Below are positions 12,305 through 25,737 of a stretch of DNA of 56,922 nt, piece by piece; positions within the stretch are counted from its first letter, which is position 1, and each line of letters starts with the position of its first letter. Source of the DNA: Octopus bimaculoides (taxonomy: Eukaryota); contig NC_068983.1 in the NCBI RefSeq assembly GCF_001194135.2, positions 6,338,585 to 6,395,506 of the forward strand, in the 5' to 3' direction. A program made the translations under genes and the position numbers. The notes beneath the pieces are model-generated. The model saw nothing but the letters and a program-made list of their open reading frames with translations, ran no database searches and was not told the origin of the DNA.

Positions 12305-12805
12305 CGCGTGCGTGCGTGCGTGCGTGCGTGTGTGTGTGTGTGTGTGTGTGTCTGTGTGTGTGTGTGATTGCATATTTCCATGTATGTATGTAGATACATA
12401 TGTTGATATATATATATATGTATGTATGTATATCNNNNNNNNNNNNNNNNNNNNNNNNNNNNNNNNNNNNNNNNNNNNNNNNNNNNNNNNNNNNNNNNNN
12501 NNNNNNNNNNNNNNNNNNNNNNNNNNNNNNNNNNNNNNNNNNNNNNNNNNNNNNNNNNNNNNNNNNNNNNNNNNNNNNNNNNNNNNNNNNNNNNNNNNNN
12601 NNNNNNNNNNNNNNNNNNNNNNNNNNNNNNNNNNNNNNNNNNNNNNNNNNNNNNNNNNNNNNNNNNNNNNNNNNNNNNNNNNNNNNNNNNNNNNNNNNNN
12701 NNNNNNNNNNNNNNNNNNNNNNNNNNNNNNNNNNNNNNNNNNNNNNNNNNNNNNNNNNNNNNNNNNNNNNNNNNNNNNNNNNNNNNNNNNNNNNNNATAT
12801 ATAGA

Positions 12806-12930
12806 GGCGCAGGAGTGGCTGTATGGTAAGAATCTTGCTTTCCAACCACATGGTTCCTGGTTCAGTCCCAATGCATGGCACCTTGGGCAAGTGTTTTCTA
12901 CTATAGCCTACGGAAACTGAAAGCCCGTCG

Positions 12931-12961
<31 letters not shown>

Positions 12962-13190
12962 TTGTTATTTGTGTCTGTGTCTGTACCCCTCACCGTCGAT
13001 TGACAACCGATGTTGGTGTGTTTACGTCCCCGTAACTTAGCGGTTCGGCGAAAGACACCGATAGAATAAGTTCTAGGCTTACAAAGTCCTGAGGTCGATT
13101 TTTTTTTTTTTTTCGACTGAAGGTGGTGTTTTTCCGACTAAAGCATGGCCGCAGTCAAATGACTGAAACTAGAATAAAATAATAAAATAA
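12806..13190 (+). mobile_element. SINE family A with internal deletion
   Basis: GGCGCAGGAGTGGCT head; CTATAGCCT joins ACGGAAACTG; complete 3' half. Confidence 0.9.
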
Positions 13191-13671
13191 TGTGTGTGTG
13201 TGTGTGTGTGTGTTAGGAGGTGGGTAGATAGGTGCGTAGGTTGGTAGGTAAGAGAATCGTAAACCTGAAACACCTAACCTTCACTCGTTTATTTCTTTTC
13301 CTATCTCACTTTCCATCCTTTTCATATGTCTATGAATATTTATAGAAATCGATATCTTTATGCATTAATACAGGTGTAGTCTTCGTTCTCACTGCTATTA
13401 TTATTACTCCATTATTATTATTATTATCATTATTATTATTATTATTATTATTATTGTTGTTGTTGTCATCATCGATATCATCGTCGTCGTCATTTTCGTC
13501 GTTATTGTTGTTGTTATTGTTGTTGTTATTGTTGTTAATGCATTTTACACAAAGACGTTGAAAGCTGCAAAGAACGTTGTACTTGTCAACTATTGTTATG
13601 TAGTCAATAAGCGCTTGTGACTACCCGACACCCGAGTGTTTAAATTCTTAAAGATAGAGATAGTTAAAAAA

Positions 13672-13737
<66 letters not shown>

Positions 13738-13963
13738 GAAAAACGTACGAAATTTCAAAAAAAATAAAAAAGAAAGAAAAAGAAGCATAAATGAAATAAA
13801 ATTACAAAGAGATAACAATATATGAAAAAATATTAGATGCAAAGAACGTCTGATAATGCTTGTCTTTGAAAGCCTATCAGAATACATACACAACACAGAT
13901 ATAACATAGGTATATATATATTGTTTTTATATATTTACATATATATATATATATATATATAAA

Positions 13964-13998
<35 letters not shown>

Positions 13999-14062
13999 TA
14001 TACATATACACACATTTATATGAATATACACACATATAACACACACACACTCATATATATAT

Positions 14063-14135
<73 letters not shown>

Positions 14136-14581
14136 TGCATGTTTTCATACATATATATGTGGGGGGGCGTATGTATGTATCTATGTGTGCTCTTATGTGT
14201 GTATGTGTGCACGCGTCTGCGTATGTACGTATGATTCTGAGAGTGCCTCATAGATTGTCATTTAAGAAGGCTTTACTTGCAGAATTCTTTAAACTCTTAT
14301 TCGTTTCCAAACGTACATTTACTTCTCTCTTGCTTCGTTATTTTTCTAATTCTTCAATTTACTGTTGTTATTTTTTTTCCTGTTGTTCCTTTTTACCACG
14401 TATATTTTTCTATTTTACTCCTCCACCACATCCTCTTTCTATTTTCCCCCTCATTCTTCTCGTCCTTCTTTTCCCCTTTAGCATAAGCCGTTATAGGAAA
14501 GATAAGGCTAAACACAAGCTTATGTTAAAGTTCCTACGCGCGTTTCACTGTTATGCAATCGATGTTCCAAATACATGTTAG

Positions 14582-14890
14582 ATACTTAACCACAAGGCAT
14601 CCTCAGAGAAGACTTTACGGATTCTGATTAGATATAGCCATTGATTTCTGACACGAAGCACAATGAAAACTTCAAAAGTCCTGGTGGATAGGTTGGAGGT
14701 AATCAGGTAACAAAATATGAGGTCAGTAATATGCAGCATGTTCGTATCAACACTACTTAATTCCAGATTCGAAATTGTTAGCAAATGCAGGCACATAAAC
14801 ATGTTTCTTTTGTTGAACTGGAGGACACAACCCTCTCTGGATTGAGTTATTGTCTCACAAGCTTTGGCCTCCTCCATGTAATAGCATTCT
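14582..14890 (-). pseudogene. Possible decayed coding sequence of unknown family
   Basis: Complex non-repetitive segment; one minus frame reads RMLLHGGGQSL*DNNSIQRGLCPPVQQKKHVYVPAFANNFESGIK*C*YEHAAYY*PHILLPDYLQPIHQDF*SFHCASCQKSMAISNQNP*SLL*GCLVVKY. Confidence 0.35.
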
Positions 14891-15489
14891 ACACCAGCTA
14901 GATTATAACTATGATTTCTACATATAATGGATCAGCAGATCTTGGTTTTCTTCCTTCTTGTTCCACTTTTTGCATCAACCTCCTTCGCACTTTTCTTCCT
15001 GTTTTCAAACAGGTCTAATGGTATGCACTAAGCCCCAAAGCATGTTGTATAAATCTACCAAATTATTGTATCACTACAATATGAAACTATTAGTAGCATC
15101 TTTTTTAAAATTCTGTGTATATTAAATGATATTCATCCCTCACTGGATGAAGATTTTTTTAAACTTTGTTGATCCTACCAAAACGGAAAGTAAACTATAT
15201 ATATATAATAATAATATAAATATATACATATATCCATACATGTATGTAAATACCTACATATATATGTATACATGCATGCATATATGGGTACAGGACATTA
15301 AAAAAACGTTAAATACAATGAGAAACGAAAACATAGAAAACGAACTTTTTTTCGAACAGCGAAAAAAACAAACAGAGAAGCGAGACATGCAACATAAAGA
15401 GTATATCCCTTCGTCAGTTGTCCCTGTTTCATCTAATATATATAGTGGAAATTATATTTTAATTAAAAAGTGAAGTGAAAGTAATAATC

Positions 15490-15672
15490 CTCTCTAATTA
15501 AGGCACAAGGCCAGGAATTTTTAGGGAAAGAGGTTTCGCGACCCCACTGCGAAACTGGTACTTATTTCATCGACTCAGAATGGGTGAAAGGCAAAGTCAA
15601 CCTCAGCGAAATTTGAACCCAGAACATAAAAACAGAAGAAATGCCGCTAACAATTCCACCAGCTCGCCGCCT
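15490..15672 (-). mobile_element. SINE family B
   Basis: GAAAGGCAAAGTCAACCTCAGCGAAATTTGAACCCAGAAC..CAGCTCGCCGCCTT is the reverse complement of family B. Confidence 0.85.
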
Positions 15673-15734
15673 TCCGGAAATGAGTGTAATAATTAAAAAT
15701 ATAAATAGTTTTGGTAAGATTCAAGATCTGTGTA

Positions 15735-16265
15735 TGTAAGAAGTGTTCGACAAAATACCTTGCAGTATTCGTTCTGGTGCTTTGCATTGTGAGTTCAAAT
15801 CCCACTAAGACCGGATATACTCTTCATCCCTCCGCGGTTGATAAAATAAATACTAGTGGGATAATGGGTCGATTAAGTCGATCAAACCCTCCCTAGAAAA
15901 ATCAACCTTTGTGCTTATATCAGAAATAATTATTTACAGAGGGCGCTGAATATCGGATGAAATACCATGCGATATCTGTTCTGGCTAAGGCGGCGTGCTG
16001 ACAGAATCGTTAGCACGCCAGGCGAAATGCTTAGCGGTATTTCGTCTGTCTTTACGTTCTGAGTTCAAATTCTGCCGAGGTCGACTTTTCCTTTCGGGGG
16101 TCGATAAATTAAGTACCAGTTGTTTAGTGGGGGTCTATCTAATCGAGTGGCCCTCTCCCCCAAAATTTCGGGCCTTGTGTCTAGAGTAGAAAAGAATATT
16201 TGTTCTGGCTCTTAACGTTTCGGGTTCCAATCCCAATGAAGTCAACTTTGCTTTTTATCGTTTCT
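15735..16265 (+). mobile_element. Cluster of family B SINEs (15735-15935, 15987-16197, partial 16200-16265)
   Basis: Repeated GAGTTCAAAT..CTTTCATCC/CCTTTCGGGGGTCGATAAATTAAGTACC modules; clear head AAGGCGGCGTGCTGACAGAATCGTTAGCACGCC at 15987. Confidence 0.8.
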
Positions 16266-16344
16266 TCGTAATTTCTCGAGAGATTTGAAGCTTGAATTTG
16301 AAATTAAGGAAAAAATTCCTTAGAGAACACATACCAGGTGCAAG

Positions 16345-16665
16345 CGTAGCTGTGTCTTAAGAAATGTACTTCCCAATCACATGGTTCTAGGTTCAGTCCT
16401 ACTGCATGGCTCCTTGGGAAAGTGTCTTCTATTATAGCCTCAGGCCTTATGAACTGCGTTAATAGAGAAAGAAAATTATCCTATATACATACACAGACAA
16501 ATATGCGTGGTAATAAGCTTGCTTCTCAACCACATGGTTCCGGGTTCAGTTCAACTGCGTAGCACCTAGGGAAAGAGTCTTCTATAGTTTGAGGCTAACC
16601 AAAGTCTTGTGAGTGGATCCGGTAGACGGAAACTGAAAGAAGCACCTCGTATACATATATATATA

Positions 16666-16717
<52 letters not shown>

Positions 16718-16890
16718 CGTGTGTCTACGCGTGTGCGTGTGTGTCCATCACCGCTTGACAACCGCTGTTGGTGTGCTTTAAAAATAAGTACTGGGGCCTA
16801 TTCATTCGACTAAAACCATTTAAGGTGGTGCTCCAGCATGGCTGCAATCAAATGACTGGAACAAGTGAAAGAATAAAAGAAAGTAAAAGA
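16345..16890 (+). mobile_element. Two tandem family A SINEs (partial 16345-16455; 16505-16890)
   Basis: Two heads ..CACATGGTTC..GGTTCAGT..; the second has the (TG)n linker and 3' half. Confidence 0.85.
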
Positions 16891-16892
16891 AT

Positions 16893-17168
16893 GTGTGGAC
16901 CCCTTTATATTTCAGGCTTTACCTTAGGGATCCCATTATAAATGCTTATGAAATTTATACATAAATATTTGCTTAAAATAACATATATTTTTTACATTTA
17001 TTTATTTAATAGTATTTAACAAATAGGTTTATTGTCAATTAAAAGATTTCGATTAAAAAACATATATAAAATCAAATTGCCCATAAAAAGTATTTGCTGT
17101 CCACGGACCCCCTGTCTTGTCCTTGCGGAGCCCCTGTGGTCCGCGGTTCACAGTTTGAAAAATCCTGT
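16893..17168 (-). mobile_element. hAT (Charlie-like) non-autonomous element
   Basis: Minus strand begins CAGGATTTTTCAAACTGTGAACCGCGGACCACAGGGGCTCCGC, typical of CAGGGGTTCTCAAAC-type TIRs with GGACCCC subterminal motifs. Confidence 0.5.
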
Positions 17169-19074
17169 TCTACACTACCTCTTTCGCGATAGCTTCTACC
17201 GAGAGAAAACAGACCTGCTCTTCCCTGCTCAGGAAGGGCGATGGAACGATCTTAATTATAGATTCGTTCGACAGTTGTACACTTCTTAGATGTGACAGCA
17301 GAACAACAAAACATAAACTAAATCAAAGATCAATTTAAACAACAATGCCATTTCTTCTTTACATTTTTCATTTTTTAGTTTCCATTTAATTTTTTTTATA
17401 TTTCTTCCATTTATTGTCCATTTTCCTTTTAATCTGGAATCCAAGCAGACGAAATATACAGCATCTGTTGCTACCGAGGAATTTTAAAAAACTTATTTGT
17501 GTGCGTGTGTGTGTGTGAAATGGGTGAGGTAGTAGGTAACTGCTCTTTTCCCAAGCAAACGCACCGTACACTCATACACATACCCCATCACCCGTTATCT
17601 ACTACCACCGCCGCCAACATTGTCGTGACTACCGCCACCACCAACACCACCACCTCCACTGCTTTTAGCTAAGCTATCGTGGTAAGGATTTTTCTTCCTC
17701 TTCTTCCCTTCCATTTAATGTTAATATTGTAATATAAATGACCAAAGCGTAAATTGAGTGGCAACGCTGGTCTTCCGCGCGCATACAATAAAAAGTCATA
17801 GGCACAGTGCTATTCATAATCACATATACACACGCATGCAGAAGCAAGATCGCGCGCGCTCACACACACGCATGCGCACACATATATACCTGCATATTTG
17901 TATGTATGTGTGTGAGGGTTTGCATATACTTTTATATATGTCCGTTTATGTACGTTGTTGCACACAAACACATATCTATCTCATAAACATATGTATGTGT
18001 ACGTATATATATACACATACACATACACATACACACACACGCACACACACACATACATACATACCCATCTTCCCCCTCTCTTACATCCACCTTCCCCTTC
18101 TCCCTCCTCGTCAACACCCCCTCATAAGCTCATCCCACCACACCCCAACACACTCCTACTCTACCTTCCCACTCCACCCCATCCAATTCCTTACACCCAC
18201 CACCCACCCCTACCCANNNNNNNNNNNNNNNNNNNNNNNNNNNNNNNNNNNNNNNNNNNNNNNNNNNNNNNNNNNNNNNNNNNNNNNNNNNNNNNNNNNN
18301 NNNNNNNNNNNNNNNNNNNNNNNNNNNNNNNNNNNNNNNNNNNNNNNNNNNNNNNNNNNNNNNNNNNNNNNNNNNNNNNNNNNNNNNNNNNNNNNNNNNN
18401 NNNNNNNNNNNNNNNNNNNNNNNNNNNNNNNNNNNNNNNNNNNNNNNNNNNNNNNNNNNNNNNNNNNNNNNNNNNNNNNNNNNNNNNNNNNNNNNNNNNN
18501 NNNNNNNNNNNNNNNNNNNNNNNNNNNNNNNNNNNNNNNNNNNNNNNNNNNNNNNNNNNNNNNNNNNNNNNNNNNNNNNNNNNNNNNNNNNNNNNNNNNN
18601 NNNNNNNNNNNNNNNNNNNNNNNNNNNNNNNNNNNNNNNNNNNNNNNNNNNNNNNNNNNNNNNNNNNNNNNNNNNNNNNNNNNNNNNNNNNNNNNNNNNN
18701 NNNNNNNNNNNNNNNNNNNNNNNNNNNNNNNNNNNNNNNNNNNNNNNNNNNNNNNNNNNNNNNNNNNNNNNNNNNNNNNNNNNNNNNNNNNNNNNNNNNN
18801 NNNNNNNNNNNNNNNNNNNNNNNNNNNNNNNNNNNNNNNNNNNNNNNNNNNNNNNNNNNNNNNNNNNNNNNNNNNNNNNNNNNNNNNNNNNNNNNNNNNN
18901 NNNNNNNNNNNNNNNNNNNNNNNNNNNNNNNNNNNNNNNNNNNNNNNNNNNNNNNNNNNNNNNNNNNNNNNNNNNNNNNNNNNNNNNNNNNNNNNNNNNN
19001 NNNNNNNNNNNNNNNNNNNNNNNNNNNNNNNNNNNNNNNNNNNNNNNNNNNNNNNNNNNNNNNNNNNNNNNNNN

Positions 19075-19117
<43 letters not shown>

Positions 19118-19189
19118 TATATATATATAGAGATATGTATATATATATGTATAATATATATATGTATATATATATATATATATAGAGAG

Positions 19190-19230
<41 letters not shown>

Positions 19231-21045
19231 TGTCTGTATGCTATGTGTGTGTATGATTGTATGCATGTGTATACACACGCACCCACACCCATGCACACAG
19301 ATTTATACATGCATATATGTGTTCGCACACACAAACATGCGTTTGTCTTTGCGTATATATGTCTGTGTATACACTCATATTTGTATACATACACTGACAT
19401 GTACGTATATGTATAGATGTGAGAGTGTGTTTGTATGTCAGAGAGATAATATATGTGTGTATGTTTGTGTGTGCGTGTGTGTATGTGTGCGTGTGATTGT
19501 GTATTTAAAAAGTCGAACGTAAATAAACCCACCTGATATCTTTGGTTTAATAAAATAATACCGATCGATTCAAGCGATGTACTTAAACATTCGTTTTTTA
19601 TGTATGTTTACTTTTAAAAGAAATAAAGATCTTCATAAAAGCTTCGCATATTTCATTTGTACATTATGAATTATGGAAAAAAAATCCCCCCCCCCCCNNN
19701 NNNNNNNNNNNNNNNNNNNNNNNNNNNNNNNNNNNNNNNNNNNNNNNNNNNNNNNNNNNNNNNNNNNNNNNNNNNNNNNNNNNNNNNNNNNNNNNNNNNN
19801 NNNNNNNNNNNNNNNNNNNNNNNNNNNNNNNNNNNNNNNNNNNNNNNNNNNNNNNNNNNNNNNNNNNNNNNNNNNNNNNNNNNNNNNNNNNNNNNNNNNN
19901 NNNNNNNNNNNNNNNNNNNNNNNNNNNNNNNNNNNNNNNNNNNNNNNNNNNNNNNNNNNNNNNNNNNNNNNNNNNNNNNNNNNNNNNNNNNNNNNNNNNN
20001 NNNNNNNNNNNNNNNNNNNNNNNNNNNNNNNNNNNNNNNNNNNNNNNNNNNNNNNNNNNNNNNNNNNNNNNNNNNNNNNNNNNNNNNNNNNNNNNNNNNN
20101 NNNNNNNNNNNNNNNNNNNNNNNNNNNNNNNNNNNNNNNNNNNNNNNNNNNNNNNNNNNNNNNNNNNNNNNNNNNNNNNNNNNNNNNNNNNNNNNNNNNN
20201 NNNNNNNNNNNNNNNNNNNNNNNNNNNNNNNNNNNNNNNNNNNNNNNNNNNNNNNNNNNNNNNNNNNNNNNNNNNNNNNNNNNNNNNNNNNNNNNNNNNN
20301 NNNNNNNNNNNNNNNNNNNNNNNNNNNNNNNNNNNNNNNNNNNNNNNNNNNNNNNNNNNNNNNNNNNNNNNNNNNNNNNNNNNNNNNNNNNNNNNNNNNN
20401 NNNNNNNNNNNNNNNNNNNNNNNNNNNGAGGGAGGGTAAGATACTTTTGAACAAGAGAGAATTCAATACGAAAGTTTAGTTTAACAATTTTTAATATTTT
20501 TATTCAAATGTTGGATTATCCTTCAGACATATTACAACTGATATTCTCTCTGCAATTGGTTTTTCAAACACATTACAACTAGTAGTTTCACGGCAATATA
20601 TATATATATATTTGTTTTTCAGTCATATTATAATTAATAGTCTTAATGTTGTAATTTCTTCAGGTAATGGTTCTAAACCTTTATTCTTTGAACACTGATA
20701 TAATAATGAAGACAAAGAGGGTTTTTTTTTTCTATTAGTAATAATTCTCACGTTATTCACTTGTGTTCCTGAAATGTGTTATTCTGTCTGGCTATACGTT
20801 TCCATATGAAGATATTCATTTAAACAAGTATATACACACACTTATCATTACCTACGCATTAGCTCGTTCCTGTCTAGTGTATGCTCACAAGCGATTCATC
20901 CTTATTTTGTTTACTTGAAAGATTTCGGAAGATATGTGAAGAGGTCATTATAATAACGGAGTTTTGCGTTCCATGATTTACATTTAGTTAAGGAAACGTA
21001 TTCTACTTCTGCATTATGTTTTGTATAAATGTCTCTATCCTTTCC

Positions 21046-21427
21046 AAAAGGCGGTGAATTGGTATAGCTGTGAGAGTATGGGATTGTAGTATTTGATCTG
21101 AATGTCTGCGCACTAAGATCGAATCTCACTGAGGTATACTTTGCTTTCATCCTTTCGAGGGCGATAGAAAAAGCATCAATCAAGGCAGATGGGTTTGTAG
21201 ATGTGCAAGAATCTTTTCTGCTCTAGGCACAAGGCCCGAAATTTTGGGGGATGGGGGCCAGTTGATTAGATCGACTCCAGTACGCAACTGGTATTTAATT
21301 TATCGACCCCGAAAGGATGAAAGGCAAAGTCGACCTCGGCGGAATTTGAACTCAGAGCGTAAAGACAGACGAAATACCGCTAAGAATTTCGCCCGGCGTG
21401 CTAACGTTTCTGCCAGCTCTCCGCCTT
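21046..21427. mobile_element. Convergent pair of family B SINEs (+ 21046-21180 degenerate; - 21213-21427 well preserved)
   Basis: CTTTGCTTTCATCCTTTCGAGG on plus; GAAAGGATGAAAGGCAAAGTCGACCTCGGCGGAATTTGAACTC on minus. Confidence 0.8.
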
Positions 21428-21499
21428 GCAGATCTGCAAGAATGTCGGTCCGAATGTCTTACGGCATTTGAGGAGGCAGATACCGAAAAAGCATCACCA

Positions 21500-21935
21500 T
21501 CAACCAACAGAACTAGTGTGGAGCTGTCCCTATACTGTCATAGTAACGCAGTAGTCTACCTTGATGGGATTTTTACCAGATAGGAGGATTGAACGGGGAG
21601 GTCTAGTAGAAAACACTGGGCTTAACTGGATCTCACAGTATCAGACTTTTTTCTTTATGGAAATATTTAAAAGATAAAGTTTGCGGTACAAAACCGGCAA
21701 CAGCCGACGAATTGAAGGCAGCCATTGAACTAGAACATTTCTTGATGTTTACGATTCCATTGCTTTGCGTTATCGACAGTACCTGGACTAGAACGGTCAT
21801 CAGTTTGGAAACAGGCGTTCATTCAAAGAAAATAAATAGTCTGTAGACTTTATTAAATTTTTGAAACGAAATGTAGTTTAATAAACACTGACTTCATAAT
21901 CATTCGGTATGGGGTGGTGACGGGGTCACCTTGTA
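21500..21935 (+). mobile_element. Tc1/mariner (DD37D/maT-like) transposase C-terminal remnant with right TIR
   Basis: Fragments translate to YLDGIF..IERGG, PDLT.SDFFL, YLKDKVCGTKPATADELKAAIE and ..NGHQFGNRR. The end GGGGTCACCTTG followed by TA (21934-35) is a CAGGGTG-type TIR with a TA target. Confidence 0.7.
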
Positions 21936-21983
21936 TATGCTTATGTATATATACATATCTTTATGTATATGCATCTTTCATAC

Positions 21984-22020
<37 letters not shown>

Positions 22021-23382
22021 TAATAGGCATATAATACTACAGTAATCTTTCAATAGAAAAAGCGCGCATAACATCAATACAATGGACCGATGTAGATCCT
22101 CGCATAATCACACCCGCTCACACTTCAATGCATGAATATATATATATATANNNNNNNNNNNNNNNNNNNNNNNNNNNNNNNNNNNNNNNNNNNNNNNNNN
22201 NNNNNNNNNNNNNNNNNNNNNNNNNNNNNNNNNNNNNNNNNNNNNNNNNNNNNNNNNNNNNNNNNNNNNNNNNNNNNNNNNNNNNNNNNNNNNNNNNNNN
22301 NNNNNNNNNNNNNNNNNNNNNNNNNNNNNNNNNNNNNNNNNNNNNNNNNNNNNNNNNNNNNNNNNNNNNNNNNNNNNNNNNNNNNNNNNNNNNNNNNNNN
22401 NNNNNNNNNNNNNNNNNNNNNNNNNNNNNNNNNNNNNNNNNNNNNNNNNNNNNNNNNNNNNNNNNNNNNNNNNNNNNNNNNNNNNNNNNNNNNNNNNNNN
22501 NNNNNNNNNNNNNNNNNNNNNNNNNNNNNNNNNNNNNNNNNNNNNNNNNNNNNNNNNNNNNNNNNNNNNNNNNNNNNNNNNNNNNNNNNNNNNNNNNNNN
22601 NNNNNNNNNNNNNNNNNNNNNNNNNNNNNNNNNNNNNNNNNNNNNNNNNNNNNNNNNNNNNNNNNGGTGGTGGTGGGTGAGAGGTAATGTTTGGTGGTAG
22701 TGGTGGGGTGTTATGGTGTTCGTAGTGCTGGAACTGGCGAAGAAGTTTGTGTCGGAAGTGGTGATGGTGGTTGTAGTGGTAGAGGTGGTTATAGTAGTGA
22801 CGTCGCTGGTTGTAGTGCTGATGGTGATAATGGTAACGTTGCTGTTGTTGTTGTTGTTGGTGGCGGTGGTGGTGACAATGACGGTGGTGGTGGCAACGGC
22901 AGGTGCGGCGGTGGTGATGGCGGGAATGATTTTTATTTCGAGTATGATAACGATATTTCTATGACTTGGTTAAAGGGGATTTTTTTTCTTCATTTTCTTT
23001 ATTCAGACCCTCTAAGACCAGTAGAATATTGGAAGACAAGAAGTCATCACAATTTCATACCATTATTCAAAACTGACCTCTCATATGTAACATTACCAAA
23101 AGAGTTTCTCAAACTAAAACTAGTCTTCTTTTGCCGAAACAGACAATATTTTAGCACTAATTAATTCCTAACTCCACAAAGCACAAAGCTGAAGTTCGAT
23201 TCGCATTGAGCACTGTTTTTATGTCACGAGCAACGCTAATGCCTCGCATTTCTTCGTACATCATCCGTTCAATGAATGACTCATGGTTACGTCCATGATA
23301 AATGCTACACACAGATCGTAGAATAATTGTATCAGAATACGTAGATAATTTCTCATGGACTTATATTTGTATGCAAAGCAAA

Positions 23383-23580
23383 GGGGGAAAGCCGATAGAA
23401 TCGTTAGCTTTGCGGTATTTCTTCCAGCTCTTTACGTTCTCAGTTCTAATCTCGTCGAAATAACTTCATTTGTTCGTGGTCGGTAAAATAAGGTAGCAGT
23501 CATATATTGAGGTCAATGTTATCGACTGTCCCCCGCCACTAAGACTCCTAGTCTTGAGTCAAAATTTGGAGCCATTTTTA
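23383..23580 (+). mobile_element. SINE family B, degenerate
   Basis: GATAGAATCGTTAGC..GCGGTATTTCTT..TTACGTTCTCAGTTCTAATCTCGTCG. Confidence 0.7.
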
Positions 23581-25537
23581 CTCGCGGCAAGACCTCAAGA
23601 AGTAAAAGAGAAAAACGACAAAGTTGTCCTTGTTTTAAGAATTCCTCCACTGCAAAGCCTTTGGGCACGTGATTCTTTTTATCGACCCCGGAATGATGAA
23701 AGGCGGAAGTGAACTAGGTTAGATTTTCACCGAAGAATTACATTCCCGTGCAGTTCTTTTGCTGCTAAGGACTTTTTCTCTCTCTCTTTTTTTTTCTTGC
23801 AGACAAGGGCTTACTGAAATTCTAAGTGAACGTTAACCACTTGATCCCTTTAACCATATTAATCCTGTCAATGAAATTCACTAGTCACAAACCAATGAGG
23901 AAGCAGCGTGAATTTTCTTGATCGCACGAAATACGAAAGTGCACTTTCCGAAATATGGAGACGTCATCGCGTCTGTTGTACGTCAGTTTTTTGAATTCCA
24001 GATGTATTCAGACAGGAGTTAACTGTATCTAAGTATCTAAACTTTAGATTCCTTTAGATTCTAAAGGAATGCGTTTGATGTGTGTATACGAATTTGAGCG
24101 TATACTCCGTAAGCTCCGTATATTTTCTTTCATAACATCAGTGTGTCATTGTTGGTCTGAATTATATTACCTTTGTGAAACATCTTTTAAGCCAGCAAGA
24201 GGAGATATTCTTGTAGATGCACAACTGCTGTTATATGAGCAATTATATATGAGCAATTATATATGAATATTATATGAATATTATTGTGTGATATTTGTAT
24301 TATGGAGTGATACTTGTGAAAGAATACTTTCCAAGAACTAAATATTTCACAAATACTCCCTATTGTCTTAAATAAGAAAGGACACATCAAAAATTGCTGT
24401 CTTAGATAAATGTAAAAAAGTTTAAACGTATTTGGCACAGATGGCTGCAACACTTTTGATTGTAGTGCTGCGCAATCAAGAGAGGCACCGGGCTAAATAA
24501 TTACGATCTCACTAGACGAGGAGGGCATTTCATGGACACATTCTTTAATTTGACGAACTATTAAAACACTACAACTAGTTTTTATTAATATTTCTTTTAA
24601 ACGTGTATTTCACATTTATTTTTATGAGAATTTTTATTTTTTTTAACTATTTTTTATATTATATTTTCTTTCTTTTCCCCCTCTTTCCTTTCTCAACTAC
24701 TGACACCGATCAATAAACCGAACGCGAGACACATAAAAGACACACATATGTATGTGTGTCTGGTCTGTACTTATGAATTTGATTATGCGAGGAGTTTGCG
24801 TGAATGTGAAAGAGAAGAGAATATAAGAAAGCAAAACTAAAGAATAAAAAAAAATAGAAAATGATATAAATTATAAATAAAAATAGAATAAAATAAAATA
24901 AAGGACACGAGAACAAGAGAACATGCAGTCTGCTGTAGCTTATGTTGTGGTCTATTCCTCCTTTGTCAAAAGACAATTAAAAGAATGTTTTTCCCACTGT
25001 CGTCCTTAAGAGCATGACGAAAATGACATGAATGGGAAGAAAGAGAGAAAGCTTAATCTATTGTCTATTACTGAGTGTTTCTTGTATGAAAGTCTATATG
25101 CATACACGTACATACGAACCTACATACATTCCTACATACATATATGTATATATAATGATGTGCGCTTCTTTACAGCTGTATGAAACAACTGACATTTATA
25201 GTTCTATGATAATTTTAACCGTCCTTTTTATTTTTTCCCCGTTTTTCTCATTTTTCTTTTGAGTCAGTATTGTTCTTGTTTGTTTGTTTTTTTGCTGCTT
25301 TTTTGTTGTTGTTTTTACTTGTCTTACTTTTCCACATTTCTTTCGATTTTTATAATTCTTTCTTTCTGTTTTTTGGGGCTTTTTTTTTGTTTTTCTGTTT
25401 TAAATTTCTCTTAAGTCCTTCTCTAAGCTTATAACACATTTTTATATCAATCTGTTTTTCTTTCTCACTCTCTCACACAATTTCTTTCTTCCTCGTTTTC
25501 TCTCTCCCTCTCCTTCTCTCCTCTTTCTCTCTCACTC

Positions 25538-25581
<44 letters not shown>

Positions 25582-25684
25582 GCTTCCTCTGTCTGTCTGT
25601 CTCTGTTCTGTAACTGCCTCTGTCTCTCTAGCAGATTGCACATTTATGTTTTCTTTTACGCATGCATCAATAAGTTACACACAC

Positions 25685-25737
25685 TGACTCACACACACAC
25701 ACTGACTCACACACACACTGACTCACACACTGACTCA
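25685..25737 (+). repeat. (CA)n microsatellite interrupted by four TGACTCA motifs
   Basis: TGACTCA at 25685, 25703, 25719 and 25731. Confidence 0.9.

Noticed and set aside
18060-18217. C-rich tract with G-quadruplex potential on the minus strand
   Set aside because: Low-complexity sequence at a gap edge; such tracts are common here and nothing specific supports function.
22666-22960. Gly-rich ORF (22691-23164)
   Set aside because: Degenerate (GGT/GTT)n repeat with no splice or domain evidence.
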